DNA of 64,000 nt from Eledone cirrhosa (lineage: Eukaryota): NCBI GenBank assembly GCA_964016885.1, contig OZ024753.1:43214001-43278000 (forward strand), read 5' to 3'. Positions 1-14,233 of this stretch are shown here, one piece after another. Position numbers and translations under genes: made by a program. The stretch's first letter is position 1; each line of letters opens with the position of its first letter. The notes beneath the pieces were generated by a model. The model worked only from the letters and a program-made list of their open reading frames with translations. It searched no databases and had not been told where the DNA came from.

Positions 1-963
1 TGTATATATTTGAATATAAGCTGACCCCTATATTACCATATATATTGGAATATAAGCTGACCCTCTATTAATGCATATATTGGAATATGTCTCTGTTACT
101 GTATATATTCGAATATAAGGCAATCCCTATATTACTGTATATATTTGAATATATGCCTCTATTAATGTATATATTGGAATGTAAGCTGACCCCTATATTA
201 CCATATATATATTTGAATATAAGTCGACCCTTCTAATACTGTATATATTAGAATGTAAGCCTATATTAACGTATATATTCGAATGTAAGCCTCTATTAAT
301 GTATATATTCAAATGTAAGCTGGCTCCTATATTACCATATATATTTGAATATAAGTTGACCCTTCTAATACTGTATATATTCGAATGTAAGACTCTATTA
401 ATGTATATATTCGAATATAAGCCAAACCCTATATTACTGTATATATTTGAATATGTCTCTATTACTGTATAAATATTTGAACATACGTCTATTACTGTAT
501 ATATATATTGGAATATAAGCCTCTATTATTTCATATATTGGAATATAAGCCTCTATTATTTCATATCCAGCATAGTTACGTCCCTTTACGATCTGAGTTC
601 AAATCCCGCCGAGGTTGACTTTGCCTTTCATCCTTACGGGGTCGATAAAATAAAGTACCAGTAATGAACTGGGTAATTGCTGGCCTTGTGCCTAAAGTAG
701 AAACAATTATTTCATATATTGGAATATAAGCCTCTATTATTTCATATATTGGAATATAAGCGTCTATTATTTCATATATTGAAATATAAGCTGACCCCTC
801 TATTTTAAGTTTGAGAAATGAGCCAAAATCCAAACCTTATTTATGTAGAATTTAAAGTGGGTGAAAATCATCAAAATATTGATCAGATATAATTTGACTC
901 TCCTTCTAACATTGATTTCTTTTTGTCATATATTCCTTGGCTTATATTTGAGTATATACAGTA
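1..963. mobile_element. Tc1/mariner-pogo-like MITE whose left terminus is tandemly amplified (about 30-40 bp diverged units, 1-800), interrupted by a SINE
   Basis: Repeated unit tactgtatatattcgaatataagc is the reverse complement of gcttatatttgagtatatacagta at 940-963. An intact relative with the same TIRs and TA flanks lies at 38382-38573. Confidence 0.65.
569..710 (+). mobile_element. SINE family A, 5'-truncated copy
   Basis: B-box-like gagttcaaatcc, conserved body ctttgcctttcatccttacggggtcgataaaataaagtaccag and tail ggccttgtgcctaaagtagaaacaatt. More than 12 copies occur in this window. Confidence 0.85.
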
Positions 964-1359
964 TATATCAATTCAGTACTTGACTGCTACTTCCTGTTAT
1001 TGATGCAGAAGTCAATAAACCAATCTATCAACAACAATTTCAATACCAGGTCAACCCGTAACAAAGGCGGAACAATCCTTTAACACTCTATGGCTCTTTA
1101 TAGTCTCAGTTCAGGTCAGGCTTCTGCCTGCTACTAGTACCGTGTAACCCAGTACAACCGGATTCTCAGTATTTTGTCTAATGGCTCCGCCAATCCCCTA
1201 GTTATTTATTTTAACTATGGAATATAACAAAACCATATTACATAATATTTTACAACTCTCATAGAAAAATAATTATAAAGACAAACAATAATATTTTGCT
1301 GTGATTGTTCCAGATGAGGTGGAATATATTAGAGAGTGAAAGCATGGAAGTAGAGGTAA

Positions 1360-2088
1360 CTTTACCTATCTGTTTTGGAGTAGCTTTACCTACCTGTATT
1401 GGAGTAGCTTTACCTACCTGTATTGGAGTAGCTTTACCTACCTGTATTGGAGTAGCTTTACCTATCTGTTTTGGAGTAGCTTTACCTACCTGTATTGAGG
1501 TGCTTTACCTACCTGTATTGGAGTAGCTTTACCTACCTGTATTGGAGTAGCTTTACCTATCTGTTTTGGAGTAGCTTTACCTACCTGTATTGAGGTGCTT
1601 TACCTACCTATATTGGAGTAGCTTTACCTACCTGTATTGAGGTGCTTTACCTACCTATATTGGAGTAGCTTTACCTACCTATATTGGAGTAGCTTTACCT
1701 ACCTATATTGGGGTAGCTTTACCTACCTATATTGGGGTAGCTTTACCTACCTATATTGGGGTAGCTTTACCCATCTGTTTTGGAGTAGCTTTACCTACCT
1801 GTATTGAGGTGCTTTACCTACCTATATTGGAGTAGCTTTACCTACCTATATTGGAGTAGCTTTACCTACCTATATTGGAGTAGCTTTACCTACCTATATT
1901 GGAGTAGCTTTACCTACCTATATTGGGGTAGCTTTACCTACCTATATTGGGGTAGCTTTACCCATCTGTTTTGGAGTAGCTTTACCTACCTGTATTGAGG
2001 TGCTTTACCTACCTATATTGGAGTAGCTTTACCTACCTATATTGGAGTAGCTTTACCTACCTATATTGGGTAGCTTTACTCACCTGTA
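1360..2088. repeat. Minisatellite, 23-24 bp unit (tggagtagctttacctacctatat)
   Basis: Directly visible tandem array of about 30 copies. Confidence 0.95.
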
Positions 2089-2474
2089 TGCGATGACTTG
2101 GCTTTAATATTGCCAACTACTTTGTTCTGTATCTGAGAGAAAATAAAGGCAAGTGAAAGACTAAGACAGAGCTTGATCTATAAGTCCCTTGGTGTCATCA
2201 TAGCTATTTTAGACTGGGTCATTGACACATTTGCGTAAATATAGAAAATTTAACCCAGCAATGATTTTGCTATGCACATGCACACACACACACACACACA
2301 CACAGTCTTGGAAGCGTGTGTGCATATGTGAGTATATGCATGTGTTACTGTTTGCTATTGATTATAAAATTAATCATACACAATTGTCTTTAGGTGATAA
2401 TGTAATGTATTTTTAAGTTGAGACAGTTTTATTTTACTCTGAAATTTGATGTAAAAATCTATCATAATATTAAT

Positions 2475-2704
2475 TGTTTCTACTTTAGGCACAAGGCCAC
2501 AAATTACCCAGTACATTACTGGTACTTTATTTTATCGACCCCGTAAGGATGAAAGGCAAAGTTAACCTCGGCGGGATTTGAACTCAGACTATAAAGGGAT
2601 GTAACTATGCTAGAAGGCATGGCGTCCGACCCTCTACCGATACTGACAATCCACCACCACGCATGGCGTCCGACCCTCTACCGATAGTGCCAATTCACTG
2701 CCCC
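2475..2704 (-). mobile_element. SINE family A, full length with duplicated head and target-site duplication
   Basis: Full head, body and tail on the minus strand, flanked by direct repeat ctatcataatattaat (about 2459-2474 and 2704-2719). Confidence 0.85.
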
Positions 2705-2803
2705 TATCATAATATTAATGTATGTATGTTATACACAAACCATCCATTGGCAGAGCTGTATAGATAAATAGGAAGGTATAGTTTATTGATATCTGATTAA
2801 ACA

Positions 2804-3142
2804 GGTGAAGGTGCATGGCTCAGTAGTTAGAGTATTGAGGTTGAGGGTTTGATTCCTGGATCAGTTGCTGTGTTGTCTCCTTGAGCAAGACACTTTATTT
2901 CACATTTCTTGAGAGTACTTGGCTGTAGAATTGAGCTGTGATGTCGCTGGTGCCAAGCTGTATTGGCCATTGCCTTTCCCTTGGACAACTTCAGTGGCAT
3001 GGTGAAGCGAGACTGGTATATACGAGAGACTGCTGGTCTTTTACAAAAAACCTTGCCCGAACTTATGCCTTGAAAGAACACTTTCTCAGTGCAAAACCCT
3101 CTTCGGTCATTTGTGACTGACGAGGGTCTTTCCCCTTGTACC
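2804..3142 (+). mobile_element. tRNA-derived SINE family B (CORE-like centre, alternative tail)
   Basis: A-box tggctcagtagttagag, B-box-like ggtttgattcc, and CORE-like ccttgagcaagacactttatttcac shared with copies at 18576, 21870 and 53700. Confidence 0.75.
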
Positions 3143-3817
3143 TAATTAAACTCAATGTTATTTTTTGTAAAATAAGGGTGCTACATTTTACCCCACAAAA
3201 TATTATAGTCTTAATGTTTCTAAGATATAATAATTTCTGAGATAAGATTCTCAGATGTATATATATCTCTTATCTTGCCATTGGTACTAAGAAAATAAAA
3301 TCTATCACATTCTAGAACAATTTTAAAGGAACCTTTACCTTATTAAAGTACATTAGCAATGTGTTATAAAGAAATATACTGTCATATATCGGAGTCAACA
3401 GAAACAAAAGCCAAAATAATAATTTCCCATTTTCCCTTTGCGAATTTATTATCATTATTACTTTTATTATTATTTTTCACTTTTATTGTACATGAGGGAT
3501 GTAAAGAAAAGTTGGAAATTGTAATCTTAGTTTAGTATTCAGGGTTTTAAAGTGTAGTGAGAAACCTCAAAAGAAGTGTTTACAGTTAAAATTATCCTCA
3601 TAACAAGATTTACACCACAAAGATATTAATATAATGATGACTTCAAAAGTAATATTATTTTTTTTAACCTTCCCTTCTAATTTTGAAGTTATAAGTTACA
3701 TGTGATTATTATTACCGTTGTTGTTGTTGTTGTAATTATTGTTGTTTTCAATGTTATTTTTATAACATTTTTTTATTTTTAATTGTATTCTTCCACTGCA
3801 CCACATAATGCAACTGC

Positions 3818-4850
3818 ATTGTAGAGCTAGCCTAGGGTGCTAAAGAACCCTGGCATACATTGTAGAGCTAGCTTATGGTGCTAAATACATTAGCATATAT
3901 TGTAGAGCTAGCTTATGGTGCTAAATACATTAGCATATATTGTAGAGCTAGCTTATGGTGCTAAATACATTAGCATATATTGTAGAGCTAGCTTATGGTA
4001 CTAAATACATTAGCATATATTGTAGAGCTAGCTTATGGTGCTAAATACATTAGCATATATTGTAGAGCTAGCTTATGGTGCTAAATACATTAGCATATAT
4101 TGTAGAGCTAGCTTATGGTGTTAAATACATTAGCATATATTGTAGAGCTAGCTTATGGTGCTAAATACATTAGCATATATTGTAGAGCTAGCTTATGGTG
4201 TTAAATACATTAGCATATATTGTAGAGCTAGCTTATGGTGCTAAATACATTAGCATATATTGTAGAGCTAGCTTATGGTGCTAAATACATTAGCATATAT
4301 TGTAGAGCTAGCTTATGGTGTTAAATACATTAGCATATATTGTAGAGCTAGCTTATGGTGCTAAATACATTAGCATATATTGTAGAGCTTGCTTATGGTG
4401 TTAAATACATTAGCATATATTGTAGAGCTTGCTTATGGTGTTAAATACATTAGCATATATTGTAGAGCTAGCTTATGGTGCTAAATACATTAGCATATAT
4501 TGTAGAGCTAGCTTATGGTGCTAAATACATTAGCATATATTGTAGAGCTAGCTTATGGTGCTAAATACATTAGCATATATTGTAGAGCTTGCTTATGGTG
4601 TTAACAGTCCAGGTACACATTGTAGAGCTAGCCTATGGTGCTAAATAACATAAAACACATTGTAGAGTTAGCTTATGATGTTAAATACCCAGGTACACAT
4701 TATAGAGCTAGCTTATGGGGTTAAATACATTAACATATATAGCAGAGCTAACCTAGGATGCTAAATATCCAGGTACACATTGTAAACTAACCTAGAGCAC
4801 TCAATACTTTGGTACATATTGTCAAGCTAACCTAGTATGCTAAATAACCC
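3818..4850. repeat. Minisatellite, 40 bp unit (tgtagagctagcttatggtgctaaatacattagcatatat)
   Basis: Homogeneous centre with diverged edge copies. Confidence 0.95.
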
Positions 4851-5460
4851 GGTGTCAGCTCTGGTTTTGAGCCATGACAAGCTTTATCACACAGTATAAA
4901 GGACAACTAAACATGTTTTAAAGCTGCTCTTGAGTATTTTTCAGTTTGAGTGGATAGAAATAGTGTTCAAAGAAAACATCAAAAAACACATCATAGACTC
5001 GACCAGCTTGGATCTTAGCTCTTTGGTCGGCATCACTTGACATATTATCAACAGAAATAGCAAGAAGACTCCATACCAAGAGGAATGGAAAACAAAAAAA
5101 ACAAAAAAAAAAAGCAAAAAAAAAACAACAAACAAGCAAAAAAAAAAAACACCTGGAATTCCTGGAAATGGCATTAAATAGATTTTTTCTTGAGGGAATT
5201 CTTACAATTATCTATTAACTGCTGAAAAGATCTTTCATGCTAGCTTCCATTTGAATTTTAGTGAATCCAGGGATGAGTCTCATGGATATTTTATTCATCT
5301 TTGAAATAACTTAATCACTCCATCAAACACTTCTAGAAAAATACTTGCTTTATTAGACGATGCTGAAACTATTCAGGAAGCATTGATGTGCAAAATACAA
5401 CAACAGTTGCAATATCTGTAGAGTGCTGTGGGAGTGATTTACTATCTCACTCACCCGCTT

Positions 5461-5888
5461 GTCTCTGTGTGTGTGTGTGTGTATGTGTCAGTCTGTCTGT
5501 GTGTGTGTGTGTATGTGTCAGTCTGTGTTTGTGTGTGTGTGTGTCAGTCTGTGTGTGTGTGTGTGTGTGTGTATGTGTCAGTCTGTGTATGTCACTGTGT
5601 GTATGTGTCAGTCTGTGTGTGTCAGCTTGTGCGTGTGTCAGTCTCTGTGTGCCTCTGCATGTGTGTGTCTGTGTGCCTGTGCGTGTGTGTGTCTGTGCGT
5701 ATGTGTCAGTGTGTGTGTGTGTGTGTCAGTCTCTGTGTGCCTCTGCATGTGTGTGTGTCTGTGTGTGCGTATGTGTGAGTGTGAGTGTCAGTCTCTGTGC
5801 CTCTGCGCGTGTGTGCCTGTGTGTCAGTCTCTGTGTGTCAGTATGTGCGTATGTGTCTGTGTCTGTGTCAGTCTCTGTGTGTGTGTGT
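5461..5888. repeat. Compound (TG)n/gtca microsatellite
   Basis: Direct inspection. Confidence 0.9.
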
Positions 5889-5945
5889 GAATATAAACCA
5901 TTTATACATAAATGCTGTATATGTGTAAATACATATTTATGTATG

Positions 5946-5976
<31 letters not shown>

Positions 5977-6059
5977 ATATATATGTATATATGAATTTGT
6001 ACATTTATTAATATATAGATATATAGGCACATGTATATATATATATATGTATGCATCTA

Positions 6060-9000
6060 TGTACACATGTGTATATGTAATGTGTGTACATATGTGTATA
6101 TGTAATGTGTGTACATATGTGTATATGTAATGTGTGTACATATGTGTATATGTAATAGTGTATGTACATATGTGTATATGTAATGTATGTACATATGTGT
6201 ATATGTAATGTGTGTACATATGTGTATATGTAATGTGTGTACATATGTGTATATGTAATGTGTGTACATATGTGTATATGTAATAGTGTATGTACATATG
6301 TGTATATGTAATAGTGTATGTACATATGTGTATATGTAATGTATGTACATATGTGTATATGTAATAGTGTATGTACATATGTGTATATGTAATAGTGTAT
6401 GTACATATGTGTATATGTAATAGTGTATGTACATATGTGTATATGTAATAGTGTATGTACATATGTGTATATGTAATGTATGTACATATGTGTATATGTA
6501 ATGTGTGTACATATGTGTATATGTAATAGTGTATGTACATATGTGTATATGTAATAGTGTATGTACATATGTGTATATGTAATAGTGTATGTACATATGT
6601 GTATATGTAATAGTGTATGTACATATGTGTATATGTAATAGTGTATGTACATATGTGTATATGTAATGTATGTACATATGTGTATATGTAATGTGTGTAC
6701 ATATGTGTATATGTAATAGTGTATGTACATATGTGTATATGTAATAGTGTATGTACATATGTGTATATGTAATGTATGTACATATGTGTATATGTAATGT
6801 GTGTACATATGTGTATATGTAATAGTGTATGTACATATGTGTATATGTAATAGTGTATGTACATATGTGTATATGTAATAGTGTATGTACATATGTGTAT
6901 ATGTAATAGTGTATGTACATATGTGTATATGTAATAGTGTATGTACATATGTGTATATGTAATAGTGTATGTACATATGTGTATATGTAATAGTGTATGT
7001 ACATATGTGTATATGTAATAGTGTGTGTACATATGTGTATATGTAATAGTGTATGTACATGTGTATATGTAATAGTGTATGTACATATGTGTATATGTAA
7101 TAGTGTATGTACATGTGTATATGTAATAGTGTATGTACATGTGTATATGTAATAGTGTATGTACATATGTGTATATGTAATAGTGTATGTACATATGTGT
7201 ATATGGAATAATGTATGTACATATGTGTATATGTAATAGTGTATGTACATATGTGTATATGTAATAGTGTGTGTACATATGTGTATATGTAATAGTGTAT
7301 GTACATATGTGTATATGTAATAGTGTATGTACATATGTGTATATGTAATAATGTATGTACATATGTGTATATGTAATAGTGTATGTACATATGTGTATAT
7401 GTAATAGTGTGTGTACATATGTGTATATGTAATAGTGTATGTACATATGTGTATATGTAATAATGTATGTACATATGTGTATATGTAATAGTGTATGTAC
7501 ATGTGTATATGTAATAGTGTGTGTACATATGTGTATATGTAATAGTGTATGTACATATGTGTATATGTAATAGTGTATGTACATGTGTATATGTAATAGT
7601 GTATGTACATATGTGTATATGTAATAGTGTATGTACATATGTGTATATGTAATAGTGTATGTACATATGTGTATATGTAATAGTGTATGTACATGTGTAT
7701 ATGTAATAGTGTATGTACATATGTGTATATGTAATAGTGTATGTACATATGTGTATATGTAATAGTGTATGTACATATGTGTATATGTAATAGTGTGTGT
7801 ACATATGTGTATATGTAATAGTGTATGTACATGTGTATATGTAATAGTGTATGTACATATGTGTATATGTAATAGTGTATGTACATGTGTATATGTAATA
7901 GTGTATGTACATATGTGTATATGTAATAGTGTATGTACATATGTGTATATGTAATAATGTATGTACATATGTGTATATGTAATAGTGTATGTACATATGT
8001 GTATATGTAATAGTGTATGTACATATGTGTATATGTAATAGTGTATGTACATATGTGTATATGTAATAGTGTATGTACATATGTGTATATGTAATAGTGT
8101 ATGTACATATGTGTATATGTAATAGTGTATGTACATATGTGTATATGTAATAATGTGTGTACATATGTGTATATGTAATAATGTATGTACATATGTGTAT
8201 ATGTAATGTGTGTACATATGTGTATATGTAATAGTGTATGTACATATGTGTATATGTAATGTGTGTACATATGTGTATATGTAATAGTGTATGTACATAT
8301 GTGTATATGTAATGTGTGTACATATGTGTATATGTAATGTGTGTACATATGTGTATATGTAATGTATGTACATATGTGTATATGTAATGTATGTACATAT
8401 GTGTATATGTAATGTGTGTACATATGTGTATATGTAATGTGTGTACATATGTGTATATGTAATAGTGTATGTACATATGTGTATATGTAATGTGTGTACA
8501 TATGTGTATATGTAATGTGTGTACATATGTGTATATGTAATGTATGTACATATGTGTATATGTAATGTATGTACATATGTGTATATGTAATGTGTGTACA
8601 TATGTGTATATGTAATGTGTGTACATATGTGTATATGTAATGTATGTACATATGTGTATATGTAATGTATGTACATATGTGTATATGTAATGTGTGTACA
8701 TATGTGTATATGTAATGTGTGTACATATGTGTATATGTAATAGTGTATGTACATATGTGTATATGTAATGTGTGTACATATGTGTATATGTAATGTGTGT
8801 ACATATGTGTATATGTAATAGTGTATGTACATATGTGTATATGTAATGTGTGTACATATGTGTATATGTAATGTATGTACATATGTGTATATGTAATGTA
8901 TGTACATATGTGTATATGTAATGTGTGTACATATGTGTATATGTAATGTGTGTACATATGTGTATATGTAATAGTGTATGTACATATGTGTATATGTAAT

Positions 9001-12000
9001 GTGTGTACATATGTGTATATGTAATGTGTGTACATATGTGTATATGTAATAGTGTATGTACATATGTGTATATGTAATGTGTGTACATATGTGTATATGT
9101 AATGTATGTACATATGTGTATATGTAATGTATGTACATATGTGTATATGTAATGTGTGTACATATGTGTATATGTAATGTGTGTACATATGTGTATATGT
9201 AATAGTGTATGTACATATGTGTATATGTAATGTGTGTACATATGTGTATATGTAATGTGTGTACATATGTGTATATGTAATGTATGTACATATGTGTATA
9301 TGTAATGTATGTACATATGTGTATATGTAATGTGTGTACATATGTGTATATGTAATGTGTGTACATATGTGTATATGTAATAGTGTATGTACATATGTGT
9401 ATATGTAATGTGTGTACATATGTGTATATGTAATGTGTGTACATATGTGTATATGTAATAGTGTATGTACATATGTGTATATGTAATGTGTGTACATATG
9501 TGTATATGTAATAGTGTATGTACATATGTGTATATGTAATAATGTGTACATATGTGTATATGTAATAGTGTATGTACATATGTGTATATGTAATAGTGTA
9601 TGTACATATGTGTATATGTAATAGTGTATGTACATATGTGTATATGTAATAGTGTATGTACATATGTGTATATGTAATAGTGTATGTACATATGTGTATA
9701 TGTAATAGTGTATGTACATATGTGTATATGTAATAGTGTATGTACATATGTGTATATGTAATAGTGTATGTACATATGTGTATATGTAATAGTGTATGTA
9801 CATATGTGTATATGTAATAGTGTATGTACATATGTGTATATGTAATAGTGTATGTACATATGTGTATATGTAATAGTGTATGTACATATGTGTATATGTA
9901 ATGTGTGTACATATGTGTATATGTAATGTGTGTACATATGTGTATATGTAATGTGTGTACATATGTGTATATGTAATGTGTGTACATATGTGTATATGTA
10001 ATAGTGTGTGTACATATGTGTATATGTAATAGTGTATGTACATATGTGTATATGTAATAGTGTATGTACATATGTGTATATGTAATAATGTGTGTACATA
10101 TGTGTATATGTAATGTGTGTACATATGTGTATATGTAATGTGTGTACATATGTGTATATGTAATAGTGTATGTACATATGTGTATATGTAATGTGTGTAC
10201 ATATGTGTATATGTAATGTGTGTACATATGTGTATATGTAATAGTGTATGTACATATGTGTATATGTAATGTGTGTACATATGTGTATATGTAATGTATG
10301 TACATATGTGTATATGTAATGTATGTACATATGTGTATATGTAATGTGTGTACATATGTGTATATGTAATAGTGTATGTACATATGTGTATATGTAATGT
10401 GTGTACATATGTGTATATGTAATGTATGTACATATGTGTATATGTAATGTATGTACATATGTGTATATGTAATGTGTGTACATATGTGTATATGTAATGT
10501 GTGTACATATGTGTATATGTAATAGTGTATGTACATATGTGTATATGTAATGTGTGTACATATGTGTATATGTAATGTGTGTACATATGTGTATATGTAA
10601 TGTATGTACATATGTGTATATGTAATGTATGTACATATGTGTATATGTAATGTGTGTACATATGTGTATATGTAATGTGTGTACATATGTGTATATGTAA
10701 TAGTGTATGTACATGTGTATATGTAATAATGTATGTACATGTGTATATGTAATAATGTATGTACATATGTGTATATGTAATAGTGTATGTACATATGTGT
10801 ATATGTAATAGTGTATGTACATGTGTATATGTAATAATGTATGTACATGTGTATATGTAATGTATGTACATATGTGTATATGTAATGTATGTACATATGT
10901 GTATATGTAATGTGTGTACATATGTGTATATGTAATGTGTGTACATATGTGTATATGTAATAGTGTATGTACATATGTGTATATGTAATGTGTGTACATA
11001 TGTGTATATGTAATGTGTGTACATATGTGTATATGTAATAGTGTATGTACATATGTGTATATGTAATGTGTGTACATATGTGTATATGTAATAGTGTATG
11101 TACATATGTGTATATGTAATAATGTGTACATATGTGTATATGTAATAGTGTATGTACATATGTGTATATGTAATAGTGTATGTACATATGTGTATATGTA
11201 ATAGTGTATGTACATATGTGTATATGTAATAGTGTATGTACATATGTGTATATGTAATAGTGTATGTACATGTGTATATGTAATAGTGTATGTACATATG
11301 TGTATATGTAATAGTGTATGTACATATGTGTATATGTAATAGTGTATGTACATATGTGTATATGTAATAGTGTATGTACATATGTGTATATGTAATAGTG
11401 TATGTACATATGTGTATATGTAATAGTGTATGTACATATGTGTATATGTAATAGTGTATGTACATATGTGTATATGTAATAGTGTATGTACATATGTGTA
11501 TATGTAATAGTGTATGTACATATGTGTATATGTAATAGTGTGTGTACATATGTGTATATGTAATAGTGTATGTACATATGTGTATATGTAATAGTGTATG
11601 TACATATGTGTATATGTAATAGTGTATGTACATATGTGTATATGTAATAGTGTATGTACATATGTGTATATGTAATAGTGTATGTACATATGTGTATATG
11701 TAATAGTGTATGTACATATGTGTATATGTAATAGTGTATGTACATATGTGTATATGTAATAGTGTGTGTACATATGTGTATATGTAATAGTGTGTGTACA
11801 TATGTGTATATGTAATAGTGTATGTACATATGTGTATATGTAATAATGTATGTACATATGTGTATATGTAATAGTGTATGTACATATGTGTATATGTAAT
11901 AGTGTATGTACATATGTGTATATGTAATAGTGTATGTACATATGTGTATATGTAATAGTGTATGTACATATGTGTATATGTAATAGTGTATGTACATATG

Positions 12001-13262
12001 TGTATATGTAATAATGTGTGTACATATGTGTATATGTAATAGTGTATGTACATATGTGTATATGTAATGTATGTACATATGTGTATATGTAATGTGTGTA
12101 CATATGTGTATATGTAATGTGTGTACATATGTGTATATGTAATGTGTGTACATATGTGTATATGTAATAGTGTATGTACATATGTGTATATGTAATAGTG
12201 TATGTACATATGTGTATATGTAATGTGTGTACATATGTGTATATGTAATGTGTGTACATATGTGTATATGTAATAGTGTATGTACATATGTGTATATGTA
12301 ATAGTGTATGTACATATGTGTATATGTAATAATGTGTGTACATATGTGTATATGTAATAGTGTGTGTACATATGTGTATATGTAATAATGTATGTACATA
12401 TGTGTATATGTAATGTGTTGTACATATGTGTATATGTAATAGTGTATGTACATATGTGTATATGTAATAGTGTATGTACATATGTGTATATGTAATAGTG
12501 TATGTACATATGTGTATATGTAATAATGTATGTACATATGTGTATATGTAATAGTGTATGTACATATGTGTATATGTAATAGTGTGTGTACATATGTGTA
12601 TATGTAATAGTGTATGTACATGTGTATATGTAATAGTGTATGTACATATGTGTATATGTAATAATGTATGTACATATGTGTATATGTAATAATGTATGTA
12701 CATATGTGTATATGTAATAATGTATGTACATATGTGTATATGTAATAATGTATGTACATATGTGTATATGTAATAGTGTATGTACATATGTGTATATGTA
12801 ATAGTGTATGTACATATGTGTATATGTAATAATGTATGTACATATGTGTATATGTAATAATGTATGTACATATGTGTATATGTAATAATGTATGTACATA
12901 TGTGTATATGTAATAGTGTATGTACATATGTGTATATGTAATAGTGTATGTACATATGTGTATATGTAATAGTGTATGTACATATGTGTATATGTAATAA
13001 TGTATGTACATATGTGTATATGTAATAATGTATGTACATATGTGTATATGTAATAATGTATGTACATATGTGTATATGTAATAATGTATGTACATATGTG
13101 TATATGTAATAGTGTATGTACATATGTGTATATGTAATAGTGTATGTACATATGTGTATATGTAATAGTGTATGTACATATGTGTATATGTAATGTATGT
13201 ACATATGTGTATATGTAATGTGTGTACATATGTGTATATGTAATAGTGTGTGTACATATGTA
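6060..13262. repeat. 7.2-kb satellite of 25/26/28-bp variants (gtacatatgtgtatatgtaat[ag]tgtat)
   Basis: Uninterrupted tandem array. It generates the 2400-2500 aa pseudo-ORFs on the minus strand. Confidence 0.97.
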
Positions 13263-13527
13263 TATATAAATATATATATAAATATACTTATATATTATAC
13301 ACACATAAAACACATATATACACAGATAGATATCATATATTGTATACACTTGAATATAAACTGACCCCTGTTTTATATCCGAGAAACGTGAAATTACTAA
13401 AAATCCATAACAAAGCAAAACATGGTAACTGTAGCATATGTGAAGATGAGGAAGAAACAAGCTCAATCTCTGGCTGTCTCGTCTTAAGCAAAACATTATA
13501 TTCCCAGATATGATGGAGATGGAGTTT

Positions 13528-13708
13528 AGCATTTTAGCATTTAAACCGGCCGTAACTGGCCAGAATTCTCTCATTTTTTTTCTGTTCAAACTGTCTTTAA
13601 TTGGCCACTCATACTGATGTTAACGTATTGTTCTCAAAATAAATATCAAAATCTCATAGATTCGATATTATGCGACATAATTATATGAGGTGAATGCTAA
13701 AGTGTTAA
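13528..13708. mobile_element. TTAA-type (piggyBac-like) MITE family P1, degenerate left end
   Basis: tttagcatttaaaccggcc...gaatgctaaagtgttaa, homologous to 20907-21176 and 60319-60526. Confidence 0.6.
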
Positions 13709-13799
13709 CATGCACTGGAAGTTATACCAACACTATGAAATGAAATACCATCAGAAAAAAAAGGGGTACAAAAAAAAGGGGCATATTGTCTATATGCTT

Positions 13800-13988
13800 C
13801 AGCTTGTACCCATGGGAGGTCAGGTACTCTGTATTACTGCGTGACGCCAGAGGTCACGGTCGTGTGTCATTGCCTTTGAGAGGTGTAATTGGGTAAGGTC
13901 GGCTTTTATCACCTCATCCCAGGTCATCTTGGGTCTTCCCACTCCGCGGTTTCCATCGACTGCTAGTGCTCTGCACCTTTTTATGCAG

Positions 13989-13990
<2 letters not shown>
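13800..13990 (-). pseudogene. RTE-clade LINE 3' fragment (ORF C-terminus)
   Basis: Minus strand translates SCIKRCRALAVDGNRGVGRPKMTWDEVIKADLTQLHLSKAMTHDRDLWRHAVIQST*, matching the GRP..TW / DR..WR motifs of RTE C-termini. Confidence 0.8.
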
Positions 13991-14026
<36 letters not shown>

Positions 14027-14139
14027 TTGTAAGGTTGCAATAAATGCGTCTGTAGGCAGTATGCCATTTGAGCACGCGATGATGCTCGCACAGAGCAGAG
14101 TATATTATTATAGATAACTAGGAATCAGTGATGCATATT

Positions 14140-14233
14140 AACATATTACATATGTTTCTCCGACGATCTACTCAAGGCACGATCTATTATAGATCGAACC
14201 TGACTCTGCATTTGCAAGGTCCTCACATATGTT
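14140..14233 (-). ncRNA. Degenerate type I hammerhead ribozyme (C3 to G)
   Basis: Minus strand reads AACAUAU-GUGAGGA-long branched stem II-GAA-ACAUAUGU (palindromic stem III)-A-AUAUGUU, with a perfect 7-bp stem I. Confidence 0.55.

Noticed and set aside
3818-4850. Regular 33-50 bp repeats here and at 31960, 35618 and 61685 as CRISPR arrays
   Set aside because: Units are contiguous with no unique spacers, there are no cas genes, and the context is eukaryotic.
5902-13589. Three 2400-2500 aa ORFs on the minus strand
   Set aside because: Translation of a satellite that lacks stop codons. The same Y/I/H/T repeats appear in all three frames.
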